A stretch of DNA of 48,112 nucleotides from Candidatus Woesearchaeota archaeon (GTDB lineage: Archaea; Nanobdellota; Nanobdellia; Woesearchaeales; JAGVYU01). Numbering within the stretch: the stretch's first letter is position 1; every line of letters begins with the position of its first letter. The translations under genes were made by a program, and so were the position numbers. Under the pieces are notes generated by a model. The model made no database searches. It was not told the origin of the DNA and worked only from the letters and a program-made list of their open reading frames with translations. The stretch is from positions 1 through 48,112 of the forward strand of contig JAGVYU010000012.1 in the NCBI GenBank assembly GCA_018303105.1, given 5' to 3'. Of the stretch, positions 33,646 to 44,400 are shown one piece after another.

Positions 33646-34211
33646 AACTCAACCTTTACGTCCTTCTTATCAGATTCTGCCGCTTTGAACAACTGCTCAG
33701 AGGTATAACGCAGCATCCTTGCGATAAACACGTCCGGAATGCTCTGGATCCTGATGTTGTACGTATTCACGGAATCGTTATAAAACTCCCGGCGGTCAGC
33801 AAGCTCATTCTCAATACCTGAGATCCTGCCCTGCAGCTGGATGAAATTCTCGTTCGCTTTGAGATTCGGATAATTCTCAGCGACTGCGAAAATCGTCTTC
33901 AATGCTCCGGAGATGATATCATCAGCCCGTGCCTTCTGCGCAAGCGTCTTCGCCTTGAGGAAGTCCGTTCTTGCTTTCGTCAGCTCAGCCAATGTTGACT
34001 TTTCATGCTTCATGTACCCTTTAACGGAAGCGATCAGCTTCGGAAGCTCATCAGACCTCTGCTTGAGAAGCACATCAATATTCGCAAACGACTTCTTAAT
34101 GTCGTTCTTCAAACGGACAAGCGTATTGTATACGCCGATAAAAAACGCCAGTACTCCAATAACGACAAGCACGACAATCGCGCCAATGAAAATTCCAGTT
34201 CCTATAGCCAT
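33642..34211 (-). CDS. lemA: LemA family protein
   Basis: YN.LV.L.N......ANIDV.L.QR.D.LP.L, AVAENYPNLKA..NF..LQ, RR.FYN..V..YN. Confidence 0.93.
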   Translation of the reverse strand: MAIGTGIFIGAIVVLVVIGVLAFFIGVYNTLVRLKNDIKKSFANIDVLLKQRSDELPKLIASVKGYMKHEKSTLAELTKARTDFLKAKTLAQKARADDIISGALKTIFAVAENYPNLKANENFIQLQGRISGIENELADRREFYNDSVNTYNIRIQSIPDVFIARMLRYTSEQLFKAAESDKKDVKVEF

Positions 34212-34228
34212 AGTGTTCCTCCAAAATG

Positions 34229-34978
34229 CTAAAATAACCCGAAATATATAAGGATTACGGCGAGGCACGCTAAACTCAGCGCCGCCCCTCCATAAATAAA
34301 GAGATACACATTCCACGAAAGCGTTTTCAAAATATCTTTTTCCGGCTTGTCTGAGATGAAAAAAACACGCCCTCCCTTGCCTATCACAATATCTTCCTCA
34401 TTCTTTTGCCCCGTTCCCTCTTCCACATGGGGATTGTCCTGCGCGTAGCCGAGAACATACAGCGTATCTTCGGGAGCGATGTATGATTCTGTGAAACGCA
34501 TCGTCTTGTTCATTCCAAAAAAACTTTCAAAGGGTATCCGCTCGGTTTTAAGAAACTTCTGGACGCTCTTTGGCGGATCGATGCCAAGCCTCGACTCATA
34601 ACGGATATCCTTGGGTATCTCGATCTTGGCCCCTTGAGGGTCTACAAGGACAGAGCCTGTTTTGTCTCTGGCGAAAAACGGCGTTCCTTTGCTTCCCGAC
34701 CGTATGGTAACCCATCGGGAATGCTTTCCTGAGCTCCGGTATTCCTCAACGGCGTACGCATAGTACACGCAGGGTTTTCCCGACAGCGGGCTCGTAAGCA
34801 GGGTTTTTTTCGCGGGAGCAACAATGCCCTGCACCTCAACGGTGCCCATCGCTATCGACCTCACCGTTGACGTAGGCGTTGTTTCAATAAGGCGCTTGAG
34901 CTGCAGACGCGCAAATCCGTAATAAAAGCCGAAGAGGCCAAGACCAAACCCAACAAGAGCGTACATGATGCTTTCCAT
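34229..34978 (-). CDS. GIDE-domain membrane protein
   Basis: IE.TPTS.VRS...G.VEV.G, L.SPLSG.PCVYY...VEE, D.TG.V.VDP.GA, E..I.P...LYVLG, F.ISD..E. Confidence 0.8.
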   Translation of the reverse strand: MESIMYALVGFGLGLFGFYYGFARLQLKRLIETTPTSTVRSIAMGTVEVQGIVAPAKKTLLTSPLSGKPCVYYAYAVEEYRSSGKHSRWVTIRSGSKGTPFFARDKTGSVLVDPQGAKIEIPKDIRYESRLGIDPPKSVQKFLKTERIPFESFFGMNKTMRFTESYIAPEDTLYVLGYAQDNPHVEEGTGQKNEEDIVIGKGGRVFFISDKPEKDILKTLSWNVYLFIYGGAALSLACLAVILIYFGLF

Positions 34979-35010
34979 ACCGAATCCAGAGAAGAATCAA
35001 TTATTTAAAG

Positions 35011-35982
35011 TTATGTTCCCAATAATCCGCTCAGCATCGCCCGAATGACAAACCGAGTGATGAAGAAGAGCAAAAGTGAGAGCATTAAGAGCGGAAAAAT
35101 GAATGCGACACCTTCTTTTTCCTTGCCTTTGCTGATGAGCCCCAGGATGAAGCTCCCTAAAACGGCGGTTGTGCAGAGGGACACGACCGCATATAATATG
35201 ATGAAATCAATGCCAAGGCCTACCTGAGAAAACTGGATGGGAAGGTCAAGCGTTGTCTGCTCGGGAAGCGCTGCCGCGGCAAAATTTTTCGTGAGGACTT
35301 CCACAAGATAGCTGCTGAGCCCAAACAGAACTGGACTTGCTATGCCCGCCGCCACAAATATGAAGATTACATACATATTCACGGACGCTCCGATTTTCTT
35401 TTGGATGAGCTGCTGATTGCGAAGGTCTGCTGCGGTCTCATCAAGCAGCGACGCAAGCTCACCACCAGAGCGCAGCCCAGAGATCAGCAGTTCAACCGTG
35501 CGCAAGAGAAACACGCTTCTTACGCGCGTCGTCATATGCTGCAATGCTTCAGGAAGTTCCCTCCCGAGCGCAACTTCTTTGCCAACGCGGTTGAGCTCAT
35601 CCTGCAATGGCCCAAACTCCGGTCTTGCGCTGAGCAGTAATGCGCGATCTGTTGTGAATCCAGCGCGAAGATTGGATGCCATGAGCTGCAATGCATCAGG
35701 AAGCACGAGATCAATGAATTTTCCCTTTCGGTCCGCGCTGAGGAGTATCCAGAAGTAGAGTACGCATTGGAAGAACACAAAACTCAGGATGAAGAGGAAC
35801 GCCCAGTATACTCCCAATAGCGTTCCGCCAAAAAATGCGAAGACAAGTGAAAGCAATAGGGAAAAAACCAAAGTGAATCCGAGAAATCGAAGCCCCTCAA
35901 TGCGGATGTGCGCAAAGTGCAGCAGCTCGAGGAGATTCGCTCTTATTTGCTTCGGGTAGATGTGTGCGAGTGTTCGGTACAT
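35011..35982 (-). CDS. Type IV pilus platform protein (T2SSF/TadC-like)
   Basis: LPDALQLMASNLRAG, ARPEFGPL..E, G..SGG.LA.LL. Confidence 0.88.
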   Translation of the reverse strand: MYRTLAHIYPKQIRANLLELLHFAHIRIEGLRFLGFTLVFSLLLSLVFAFFGGTLLGVYWAFLFILSFVFFQCVLYFWILLSADRKGKFIDLVLPDALQLMASNLRAGFTTDRALLLSARPEFGPLQDELNRVGKEVALGRELPEALQHMTTRVRSVFLLRTVELLISGLRSGGELASLLDETAADLRNQQLIQKKIGASVNMYVIFIFVAAGIASPVLFGLSSYLVEVLTKNFAAAALPEQTTLDLPIQFSQVGLGIDFIILYAVVSLCTTAVLGSFILGLISKGKEKEGVAFIFPLLMLSLLLFFITRFVIRAMLSGLLGT

Positions 35983-35983
35983 G

Positions 35984-36862
35984 TTAGTTGATGAGTGTTG
36001 GCCTCCTGCTGCGGATCATACCAAGGAACATGACCTGGAAAAACAAGACCATGCCGTAGAGGCCCCAGAAGATCATTTGCGCCGCGAATTCGTCGAGCGC
36101 TATGAAGCTGCTGAGGATAATAAGAAACGTCATCCCTAAGGCAGGGAGGATAATTGCGATGAGCATGTAAAACATGGCTAAGGGATTTAATGTGGATCCA
36201 TAGTGCTCAATTTCGAGCAGCTGTTCCCTGGAGAGGGTTTCTATAGCTTCTTTGAGCACGCTTTCTATCGGAGCCCCGGCTTTCATCCCGTCTGCGATCT
36301 GCCACAGCGCCCTGCGGAAATAGATGCTGGGATTTTCCTGTCCGAGCTGCTCAAGGACATCAACCTCAGGCAGTCCGGAGTTTATTTTGCGCACGGCCCG
36401 CTTAAACTCGACAGAGACCTCTCCATACTGCTCCGTGCTGATCGCGACGAGGACATTGAACAAGGGAACTCCCGACCTTACCTGAATCAGAATCGTGCGC
36501 AATGCTCCTAAGAGGTTGCGCTCAATGCCCTTGATCCTGCGGGCGGCGATGAGCCTCGGGTAGTAGAGCTGCTGCATGAACACAATGCAGGAGAAGGCAA
36601 GCGCGACAAAGATGCCCAAAATATAATTTCCCTGCTTCGCGAAGAGGAGTGTGAGCACGGCGCCAAAAAAGATGAAGAGCGTCGTTGTTGCGGCAAGGCA
36701 CTGCGCGAGATAACCCCGTGCGGATATGGAAAGTTCCGCCTGCAGCAGATTAAGCTTGAGGAATGGGAAAAAATTCAGCAGCAGGTCCGCTGGTCCCATG
36801 AACAAACTTGATGTTTTTTCAAGGAGTGCCGGCGGCAGAAGTGAGAAGGGAATGCGTACCAT
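35984..36862 (-). CDS. Type IV pilus platform protein (T2SSF/TadB-like)
   Basis: L..ALR.I.IQV.SGVPL, YGE.S.EF, NPS..FRRALWQI, LNPL.MFYM. Confidence 0.88.
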   Translation of the reverse strand: MVRIPFSLLPPALLEKTSSLFMGPADLLLNFFPFLKLNLLQAELSISARGYLAQCLAATTTLFIFFGAVLTLLFAKQGNYILGIFVALAFSCIVFMQQLYYPRLIAARRIKGIERNLLGALRTILIQVRSGVPLFNVLVAISTEQYGEVSVEFKRAVRKINSGLPEVDVLEQLGQENPSIYFRRALWQIADGMKAGAPIESVLKEAIETLSREQLLEIEHYGSTLNPLAMFYMLIAIILPALGMTFLIILSSFIALDEFAAQMIFWGLYGMVLFFQVMFLGMIRSRRPTLIN

Positions 36863-36864
36863 GG

Positions 36865-38370
36865 TTATCCTAGAACTTTCTTCAGGGGTGTGTTTTTTGT
36901 TGCTGCCTCAACAATCATAGCGGAGTCAAGATAGTATTGCTTCATGATCTTTCCGACGTCCGCGATCGTGCGCAGATTGTTTTTGACCATCCAGTTAAGG
37001 ATTTTTTCTTTCGCCGCAAGGTCTTTCGTGATCTCCTGCATGCTCATGCCCGTGTGCCTGCTGAGCTGCTCATAGAGGTGCAGGCGGTCTCCATGAGCGA
37101 CGATCGAGTCATTGCTTGCCTTCCACCGGTAGAGCAGATTTGGCTTTGCCGAGACTTTGCCTTCATCATCCGTGGTTATGAATTCCCCGATTTGGAAGAC
37201 CCTTCGGATGCCCTGCCTGCGGTCTCGAAACATGACCACGTTAAGATGCACAGCGCTGAGCAAGTTTGCGGGAACGCTGATGGGGGGATTGACAATCCTG
37301 CTGATCGTTTCCGTCATGCTGTCCGCATGGAGTGTGGCATACACGCTATGCCCCGTGTGCATCGCTTCAAACAGCACTTCAGCGTCGCGCGCTTTTCGAA
37401 CCTCTCCCAGAATGATTCTATCCGGCCTCATGCGCAGCGCGTTGATGAGCAAGTCGAGCATCGAAACTTCTCCTTTTCCTTCAGGATTTGGCTGCCGCGT
37501 CGTGAGCGGACACCAGAAAAGATGCTCAGGAAGCTGCAATTCACGCGCGTCCTCAACGGTGAGGATACGATGGTTATACGGGATAAAGGGCAAACAGACT
37601 CCCAGCATTGATGTTTTTCCTGATCCTGTGCCTCCGCTTACGAGGATGTTCATCTCGTACTGCATCGCAAGCCAGATCAGCGCGAAGACCTCTGCAGAGC
37701 ATGTCTTGCTTGTGATAAAATCGGTTACGGTCCACGGATCTCGGGCGAATTTTCTGATCGTTATCGTATTGCCTTTATTAGACACGGGATAGAGCACCGC
37801 GTTCGCGCGATCCCCTGAGACAAGGTGTGCATCCAGCAGGGGAGTAAGCGTTGTTATTTGCCTGCCGACGCGCCGCGCGATGATGTTGGAGTAGTTCTGA
37901 ATTTTTGCTTCCGTGTCAACGATGATGTTCGTGAGGAGCCATCCGTACTTGCGGTGGTACACACGCACGGGCTCTGATGCTGAGTTGATGATGATCTCTT
38001 CAAGATGTTCATCCTGGAGTAAGAACTCAAGCCTTCCAAGCCCGAGCATCTCATGGAGGAGATGGGCAATGAGATATTTGCGCACTTTTTCCGCAAGATT
38101 CGGGAGTTTCTGCATAAGGATTACATTGGCTTTCTCCATGAATGTTGCCTTAAGTTTTGCAATAATCTTGGGGTCAAGGATCTCTTTGGAGCTGATCGTC
38201 ACTTGCTCAATAAGCTCATTCCTGACCTCATCAAGCATTGCGTTCGTCGCAACTCCGATCGTCACAAGCACGAGCTCATACTCAGGGATCAGTCCTGGGC
38301 CTCCTGTGATCACAACAGGCAGCTCAATCCCTTCTGCATTGATCTTGTACGTTTCGAGTTGCTTTCTCAT
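36865..38370 (-). CDS. Type IV pilus assembly ATPase (CpaF/TadA/VirB11 family)
   Basis: LEEI.IN, ITIRKF, SGGTGSGKT, VED.REL, ALRMRPDRIILGEVR, AMHTGH....TLHA. Confidence 0.94.
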   Translation of the reverse strand: MRKQLETYKINAEGIELPVVITGGPGLIPEYELVLVTIGVATNAMLDEVRNELIEQVTISSKEILDPKIIAKLKATFMEKANVILMQKLPNLAEKVRKYLIAHLLHEMLGLGRLEFLLQDEHLEEIIINSASEPVRVYHRKYGWLLTNIIVDTEAKIQNYSNIIARRVGRQITTLTPLLDAHLVSGDRANAVLYPVSNKGNTITIRKFARDPWTVTDFITSKTCSAEVFALIWLAMQYEMNILVSGGTGSGKTSMLGVCLPFIPYNHRILTVEDARELQLPEHLFWCPLTTRQPNPEGKGEVSMLDLLINALRMRPDRIILGEVRKARDAEVLFEAMHTGHSVYATLHADSMTETISRIVNPPISVPANLLSAVHLNVVMFRDRRQGIRRVFQIGEFITTDDEGKVSAKPNLLYRWKASNDSIVAHGDRLHLYEQLSRHTGMSMQEITKDLAAKEKILNWMVKNNLRTIADVGKIMKQYYLDSAMIVEAATKNTPLKKVLG

Positions 38371-39263
38371 CGTTTTTCCTCTGGCAGGTGAAGCTCGATT
38401 TGGCCGGATGCGCTATATTTAATTTTCACAAGGTCATGCTCCTCGAGCACCTTTGCCCAATACTCAGCCTGGTGTTGGCTGATTTTAAAGAAGAGGATGA
38501 TATCGGGGAGATGGAGCACTTTTTTTTGCCGCAGCACAGTATAGAGGCGGTCCAGGTCCGTCTCAAATTCCTTGCTTTGAAGCGATTTCTCGCTGATCGT
38601 TACCTGAGCATCTTCTGCCGTTCGTTGGGGAGCCACGTTAATGCCCTTGACGAGGCTCTGTTGTTCCGCGCTCAGTTGTTCACGCTCGCTGGGCAAGCTG
38701 AGCGGTTCGTGCACTGCGCGGGGAGGCAGTGCTTTGATGAAGAGCACGACTCCAGCCACAGTAATCAACGCAGGAAGCGCGATGAGTGCTATGGGAAATA
38801 TGAAATACGCGGCGACAGATCCGCAGATTCCCAAGAGAATGAGGAATAGCGCTGCGTTCCGGCGCTGATTTGGTGGGGGGGGTATTGATTTTGTCTCAGG
38901 TTTTGGTTTCTCTTTTTTTGGCCGAGTGAAAAAAAACAGTAGAACAATAATCACGAGAAACACAACGAGGCCAAGCGTGATGAGGAGTGAAGGATCCTGG
39001 GCGAGGATGTTTAAATGGGTTGTGAACACGTATGCCGCTCCCCCTGCAAGGAGGAGAACAAGGACGAGGAGAATTCCCAGAAATGACCCCTTGCGTTTTC
39101 TTTTTTCCGTAATTGGTTTTGCGGGGACGTGCACGGGGGTCACTGGCGGCATAACCACGGGCTTGGTCAGTGTTGTCAGAGTTGAATGGCTCGTCTTTTT
39201 CTGCGTTGCCCGGTCAGGCGCTGGAATACGCAGGGATTTTGCCTTCTTAAGCTTCCTGGGCAT
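38367..39263 (-). CDS. Membrane protein with C-terminal wHTH-like domain, first gene of the pilus ATPase operon
   Basis: Four TM segments; ETDLD.LY..L......L..I...F.......E.W..VLE...L....Y; 4-nt overlap with the ATPase gene. Confidence 0.65.
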   Translation of the reverse strand: MPRKLKKAKSLRIPAPDRATQKKTSHSTLTTLTKPVVMPPVTPVHVPAKPITEKRKRKGSFLGILLVLVLLLAGGAAYVFTTHLNILAQDPSLLITLGLVVFLVIIVLLFFFTRPKKEKPKPETKSIPPPPNQRRNAALFLILLGICGSVAAYFIFPIALIALPALITVAGVVLFIKALPPRAVHEPLSLPSEREQLSAEQQSLVKGINVAPQRTAEDAQVTISEKSLQSKEFETDLDRLYTVLRQKKVLHLPDIILFFKISQHQAEYWAKVLEEHDLVKIKYSASGQIELHLPEEKR

Positions 39264-39321
39264 AGCGCATTGCAGGGCGACGTGGTTTTTAAACTTGTGT
39301 CGTAATCCTGAAATAGTGAAG

Positions 39322-40068
39322 TCAGCGGCGATATTTGAACACGAGGTATACCGCAACCCCGACAAAAAGGAGGACAAATGTGATGATGGCTACCGTTTGC
39401 TGGTCAACTTCAATGTCCCGTCGCATTTCTGGCGTTCGTCCTGCTAATACTTCTCCGGTATCAGCGTCTACATATGAATGCGCGCCGTCCTTATGGGTAA
39501 CGTCATAGATGAGGCGATATCCGTCATCTATGGGAAGGATCGCGAGTTCGCTGTCTGGAATTTGTTCAGGGGGTATATCGGGAGTGATGTCTTCTAAGAC
39601 AACGGGGGCATACCATCTCGAGACAATAGCGTAAATCTCACTGTCCGTGAATTCAAGTGCCCCCTGAAATGTGCCAATGATCGGGATGTTGTAGCAGTAC
39701 TGGCTTTCTCCGAGAAAAGACACGGTTTTAGGGATATCGACTGTCGTCACCATAGCTAATGCATCGTACTGCTCGATGCGCAGGTCCTCTTCATTGCGCT
39801 CGAGAAAGTCATTTGCCCGCGCAACGTAGTTTGCTGGAGTGAGCGTGGGGTCCACCAATGGCTGTATTCCCTCATATCCTTCTTTGACAATGCGGCGGAC
39901 GTATGCATCTCCTTGATTCGTGTCCGTTGCTTTCCACACGTCCCCATCGAGAAGAATCGTATTATCAGGCCCAACTTCAGGAATATCCCAGCCGCTGAAT
40001 TCACATGTGATTGCTGAGCTTACTGGCGTAATCAGGATCATCATCGTAAAAAGGAGTGCATACTTCAT
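39322..40068 (-). CDS. Secreted, membrane-anchored hypothetical protein (PepSY-like tail)
   Basis: Signal peptide, acidic domain, YVDADTGEVL, C-terminal TM followed by YRR. Confidence 0.6.
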   Translation of the reverse strand: MKYALLFTMMILITPVSSAITCEFSGWDIPEVGPDNTILLDGDVWKATDTNQGDAYVRRIVKEGYEGIQPLVDPTLTPANYVARANDFLERNEEDLRIEQYDALAMVTTVDIPKTVSFLGESQYCYNIPIIGTFQGALEFTDSEIYAIVSRWYAPVVLEDITPDIPPEQIPDSELAILPIDDGYRLIYDVTHKDGAHSYVDADTGEVLAGRTPEMRRDIEVDQQTVAIITFVLLFVGVAVYLVFKYRR

Positions 40069-40160
40069 TTCACACAAACCGCAAAGGCAGTTTATTAATT
40101 CTTATAATTACTCTGAGATAGTGTCGTAACTTTAAATACTGAGCAGCATCCTGTTGCGTC

Positions 40161-40574
40161 ATGCATCGGGGACAAGTGAGTTTGGAGTATCTTGCAGTCT
40201 TGGGATTCGTCATGGTCATCATTATTGCCATGATGGCCATATCGCAGTTCTACGCGCGGGACGTGACCGACCAGGTGATTATCAACCAAATAGACCGCCT
40301 GGCGAAAGAGATTGTGGATACCGCGGAAGAAGTGTACTACTTGGGGGCTCCGAGCCGTGAGACCGTACTCGCCTATATTCCCGAAAAGGTGGATGCGATC
40401 ATCGTGAATGGCACTGAGATCGTGTTCTCGGTCCGAATGCAAGAAGGCGTAAATGATATTGGCTACCCCGCCCAGGTAAATCTCAGCGGGTCCATCAACG
40501 CTTCTCAAGGGTTGCGCGCCGTCATCATCGAGGCAAGGGAGGGATATGTTTGGATCAACGGGTCCACAAAGTAA
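40161..40574 (+). CDS. Class III signal peptide pilin-like protein
   Basis: RG|QVSLEYL followed by a hydrophobic helix. Confidence 0.88.
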   Translation: MHRGQVSLEYLAVLGFVMVIIIAMMAISQFYARDVTDQVIINQIDRLAKEIVDTAEEVYYLGAPSRETVLAYIPEKVDAIIVNGTEIVFSVRMQEGVNDIGYPAQVNLSGSINASQGLRAVIIEAREGYVWINGSTK

Positions 40575-40948
40575 AAGGCCAGGTTGCCCTCGAGTTTATT
40601 ATGATGGTGTCCTTCATGCTCGTGGCATTTATTGTGATCATGACGCTTATATTTTGGCAGCAGGAGCAGACACACAGGAAGGAAGAGCAGCTTATTCTTG
40701 AGGATACTGCATCGATGATCCAGGTTGAGATTCTGACTGCGGAAAAAGTGAGCGAGGGGTATGCACGTACGTTCATAATCCCTGCGTCGCTGCAGGGTGC
40801 GCCGTATACCGTTGGACAAGACAATCATACCGTTATCGTATCCACGCAGCAGTACAGCGTGAGTAAGCGGATTCCTGAAGTGCATGGGGAATTAAGATTC
40901 GGTCTAAACAGTATTCGAACGGGAAATGGAACGATCTATGTTAATTAA
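40550..40948 (+). CDS. Class III signal peptide pilin-like protein
   Basis: KG|QVALEF followed by a hydrophobic helix. Confidence 0.87.
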   Translation: MDQRVHKVKGQVALEFIMMVSFMLVAFIVIMTLIFWQQEQTHRKEEQLILEDTASMIQVEILTAEKVSEGYARTFIIPASLQGAPYTVGQDNHTVIVSTQQYSVSKRIPEVHGELRFGLNSIRTGNGTIYVN

Positions 40949-41444
40949 GCGCGCGCAGATCTGGAGCCTTGATCTCTTCATAGCAATAAGCATGATGATG
41001 ATCACGGTAGCGATTTTTTTCGTTCTGAGCATCAACATGAGCGAGCGTTCAGATTCAGGGATTGTGACGCTTCTTGAAGACGGTAAAGCGATCTCGAACT
41101 TTGCCGTGGGCACGGGTTCTCCAGATGGATGGACGCTGCAAAATATGCAGGCCATCGGAGTAACGGATGGGCAGAGGCGTTTAAACACAACGAAGCTTGC
41201 GCAGTGGGAACAGCTTGCGCAAGATGAGTACAATCTGACAAAGCGCCTGCTTTCCACGGACAGTGATTACTACATCCGCTTCATGAATCGGGAGAATACG
41301 TTCATAACAATCGAAGGCAGTGATGGCTTTGGCAAACCCGGAACGACAAATGAAACTCTGTATAAGGAGGGATCTATCGCAAAAATCCAGAGATTTATGG
41401 TATACAATAAGAGCATTGTCAGCATGGTGATCTACGTATGGTAA
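40938..41444 (+). CDS. Class III signal peptide minor pilin-like protein
   Basis: KRA|QIWSLD followed by a hydrophobic helix; G.P.GW motif. Confidence 0.82.
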   Translation: MLIKRAQIWSLDLFIAISMMMITVAIFFVLSINMSERSDSGIVTLLEDGKAISNFAVGTGSPDGWTLQNMQAIGVTDGQRRLNTTKLAQWEQLAQDEYNLTKRLLSTDSDYYIRFMNRENTFITIEGSDGFGKPGTTNETLYKEGSIAKIQRFMVYNKSIVSMVIYVW

Positions 41445-44400
41445 AAAAAGCGTTTTTCTTCAGCTTTGACGCATTGATTGCCATTAGCATTATGCTCGCA
41501 GTGTTATACGCGGCGTCGCTCATCTATATCTCAAACAGGAGTGACGTGCAGCAAGTGTACTACGCTCAGGACCTTGTTGAAATTTTCTCTTCCGTATCCA
41601 TGCAGGAGATCAATAATTCCCAGGTTGCCGTAATCCTTCAGCAGCATAACCTCACCGAGTACAATTTGACCGTGCTCGAGCAGATCGGCCGTTTTTGGGC
41701 TGTTGGTGACGTGCAAACCGCACGAAATCTTTCAGAATATTTGCTGGGATCGCTCATTCCTGTCCAGTTTGGATATGCGCTTGTCGCTGGAAACGATGTT
41801 ATCTTTGAAACCGACACTCCCCTGAGAAACCAGCTTTCCAGCGCGAAGCAGATGGTTTCCGGACTGGAGTCAGGGCACGCCATTGAGGGTAAAAGTGCTC
41901 GTCTTTTTCTGAAAGATATTAACGCGAAGCAGGATGCCGCGTACGCGTATTTTGGAGGATATGAGGGGGATGGGAATCTTACGAAACTGCTCTATTTGCC
42001 GGCAGACTTTTTTAACATCCAATCCGCGTATTTTGAGGTGAACAACGGGGCAGCGTTTGATCTGTATGTTAATGGGAATTATAGTGGAACGTATAATGCG
42101 ACGAATGCCTCGCTCGGCGCAAACAAGTGGTATCTTGACTCTATGTACTTCAGCAACTTCGCACCCGACCAAAACCTCGTTGAGCTGAGGTTTGCAAAAA
42201 CGAGCAGCAATTATATCGGCGGTGGGTATTTGAAGGTGGAGTTTTCAACGTCCGAGATTGACACATCACAAGTGATCTACGAGAATGGTCTTGCAACGCA
42301 AGTGTTCGATCTTCCCGGCATTGATGGAGTGATTAATCTGTATACCTCTCTGTATATTCCTGGAAATCTCACGAGCATGCAGGTGCAGCTTCATTATTAT
42401 GCGAATCACAGCGACGCTTTTCAAAGCCCGTTCTTTCTCAGGATAGGAAATACGACGGTGTTTGAGGATACGAATTCCACCGTCGTGCAGCTAAGAACCC
42501 TCACAGACGCTGAGCTCTCCATGCTCGATTACGGACAATTCTCAAGGCACACTGTTCCCGTACGGTTAGGCTTTAGCAATTTATCATCGCAGGAAATCGT
42601 AATCGGTGGCTATCAGGGAGACTCTGTGCTCATTACGGACGTGAGCGGCAGCATGAATGAATGCGACATCGATAAGACGGGATTTTCCGCGCTGACGTGC
42701 CCTTCAGATGGCTCTGATCCCGACGCGGAGCGCTTAGAAACAGCAAAGTTCGTGGACAAGGACTTTATTGATCGCATCGTCAATATTTCAGGGAATCGTG
42801 TTGGACTCGTGAGTTATTCATCAGTCTTAGAGGAGTATATGAACCTGAGCGATAATGCAATTCAGCTCAAAAACCATATTGACAGCTACGTCCCGCTTTC
42901 GGCAACGTGCATCTCCTGCGGTATTTACCAGGCGACGCAAGTGCTCATTAGAGATAATACGAAGCCCCTTCATGATGATATATGGAAATACACAAACGCG
43001 TATCAATTTACGGCGCCTCCGGCGAATTGGTATGATCAGAGTTACAACGACTCCTTATGGCCTTCTGGAAAAACCGTGCTGGGTTTTGGAGGAGTTGATA
43101 CCTCAATCAATAATGCGCTCCATCCGGATCTTTGGGATATGGCGCAGGATCATCCGGAGCCCATTGATTTTTCTTCCGGGATGAATAGCACGGCAAACTC
43201 GTTTGGTTTTTCAGCCGCGGCTTCCATTGCGACTCCTCTTCTCAATATGCACTTTGATGGCCCTTCGCTTTTAGGCTGGACGTCCTCCGGAGCCGTGCAG
43301 GCATCGGCGCTCATCGAAAACGCGACGGTTCTGCTCCTCGACGATTTCGAATCCTACTATACCTCCACTACGCAGATCAATGGCAATAGTATTAACCGCT
43401 CTCCGGGATACTGGATTACGAATGATGCCGGCCAGGAGGTATATATTTTCGCGAATGACCCCGGATATGCAGCGTACAGCCCGACGGATGTTCTTGTGTT
43501 TAGGGATATGGACAGCTATGGCTATATCCGGAGAACGTTTAATCTTTTAGGATACGCGCGGGCAAACCTCACGTATGCATGGAGATTGAGCGGCGAGAAT
43601 GACCTTGGGGATTATGGAGATGTTCGCATTAATGACGGATCATGGCAGACGCTGCGCCAATATGCGGGAAACATTGACGACGATGATCAGTATCACAACG
43701 CGTCCCACGACCTGAGCAGTTATGTGATGAGGGATCCGTTCTACGTGCAATTCGGAGCGTACTCATATTCCTCATTCAGTCAAAATGGGGATTTGGAGCG
43801 CTTCTATGTTGAGGATATTCGCTTTACGGGAGTCAAGGATTATTTTGGCATGCGTGACTACTGGATTGTTGATTCCAATGGCGGCAGTTCAGGATCGCTC
43901 AACCAGTCCTTTTCCGTTCCCGATGAGACAATTACGAAGGTAACATTCTCCTTTAATCATAGTGTCAACGCAGCGCTGTTTAATGGAACCGCAAACCCGT
44001 ACTGCAGCCTCAAGCATCCTTCAGGAGAATCCACACTCTGGTCCGCATCATGGACGCAGGCATCCCATCCCCAAAACGGGCCAATCCAGGAAACATTTGA
44101 CATCACATCATATGTCACAAACACGTCATATCTGTACGCTATTGAGTGCGGCGCGTCTGTGACAAGCGGCTCGGGAAGAACGATTGTCGCATTTGATGAT
44201 CTGAGCATTCTTGTTAACTACACCTCCACGGGGAATGACGGCTGGGATTGGGCGCGGGGAAACGAAACATACGGAAGCACAGGAGATGATGGTGCCCCAG
44301 GAGATCATGATATGACTGCGCACTATGATCCCTCCGCAAAATCAGACGGCGTGACAACGGATGGCTCAAAACGTGTGCAAGTGGACATCGGAGGAGTGCA

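Noticed and set aside
36937-39447. Long plus-strand ORFs opposite the pilus genes (36937..37611, 37157..37792, 38926..39447) and similar shadow ORFs elsewhere
   Set aside because: Almost entirely antisense to well-supported genes, with no recognisable motifs.
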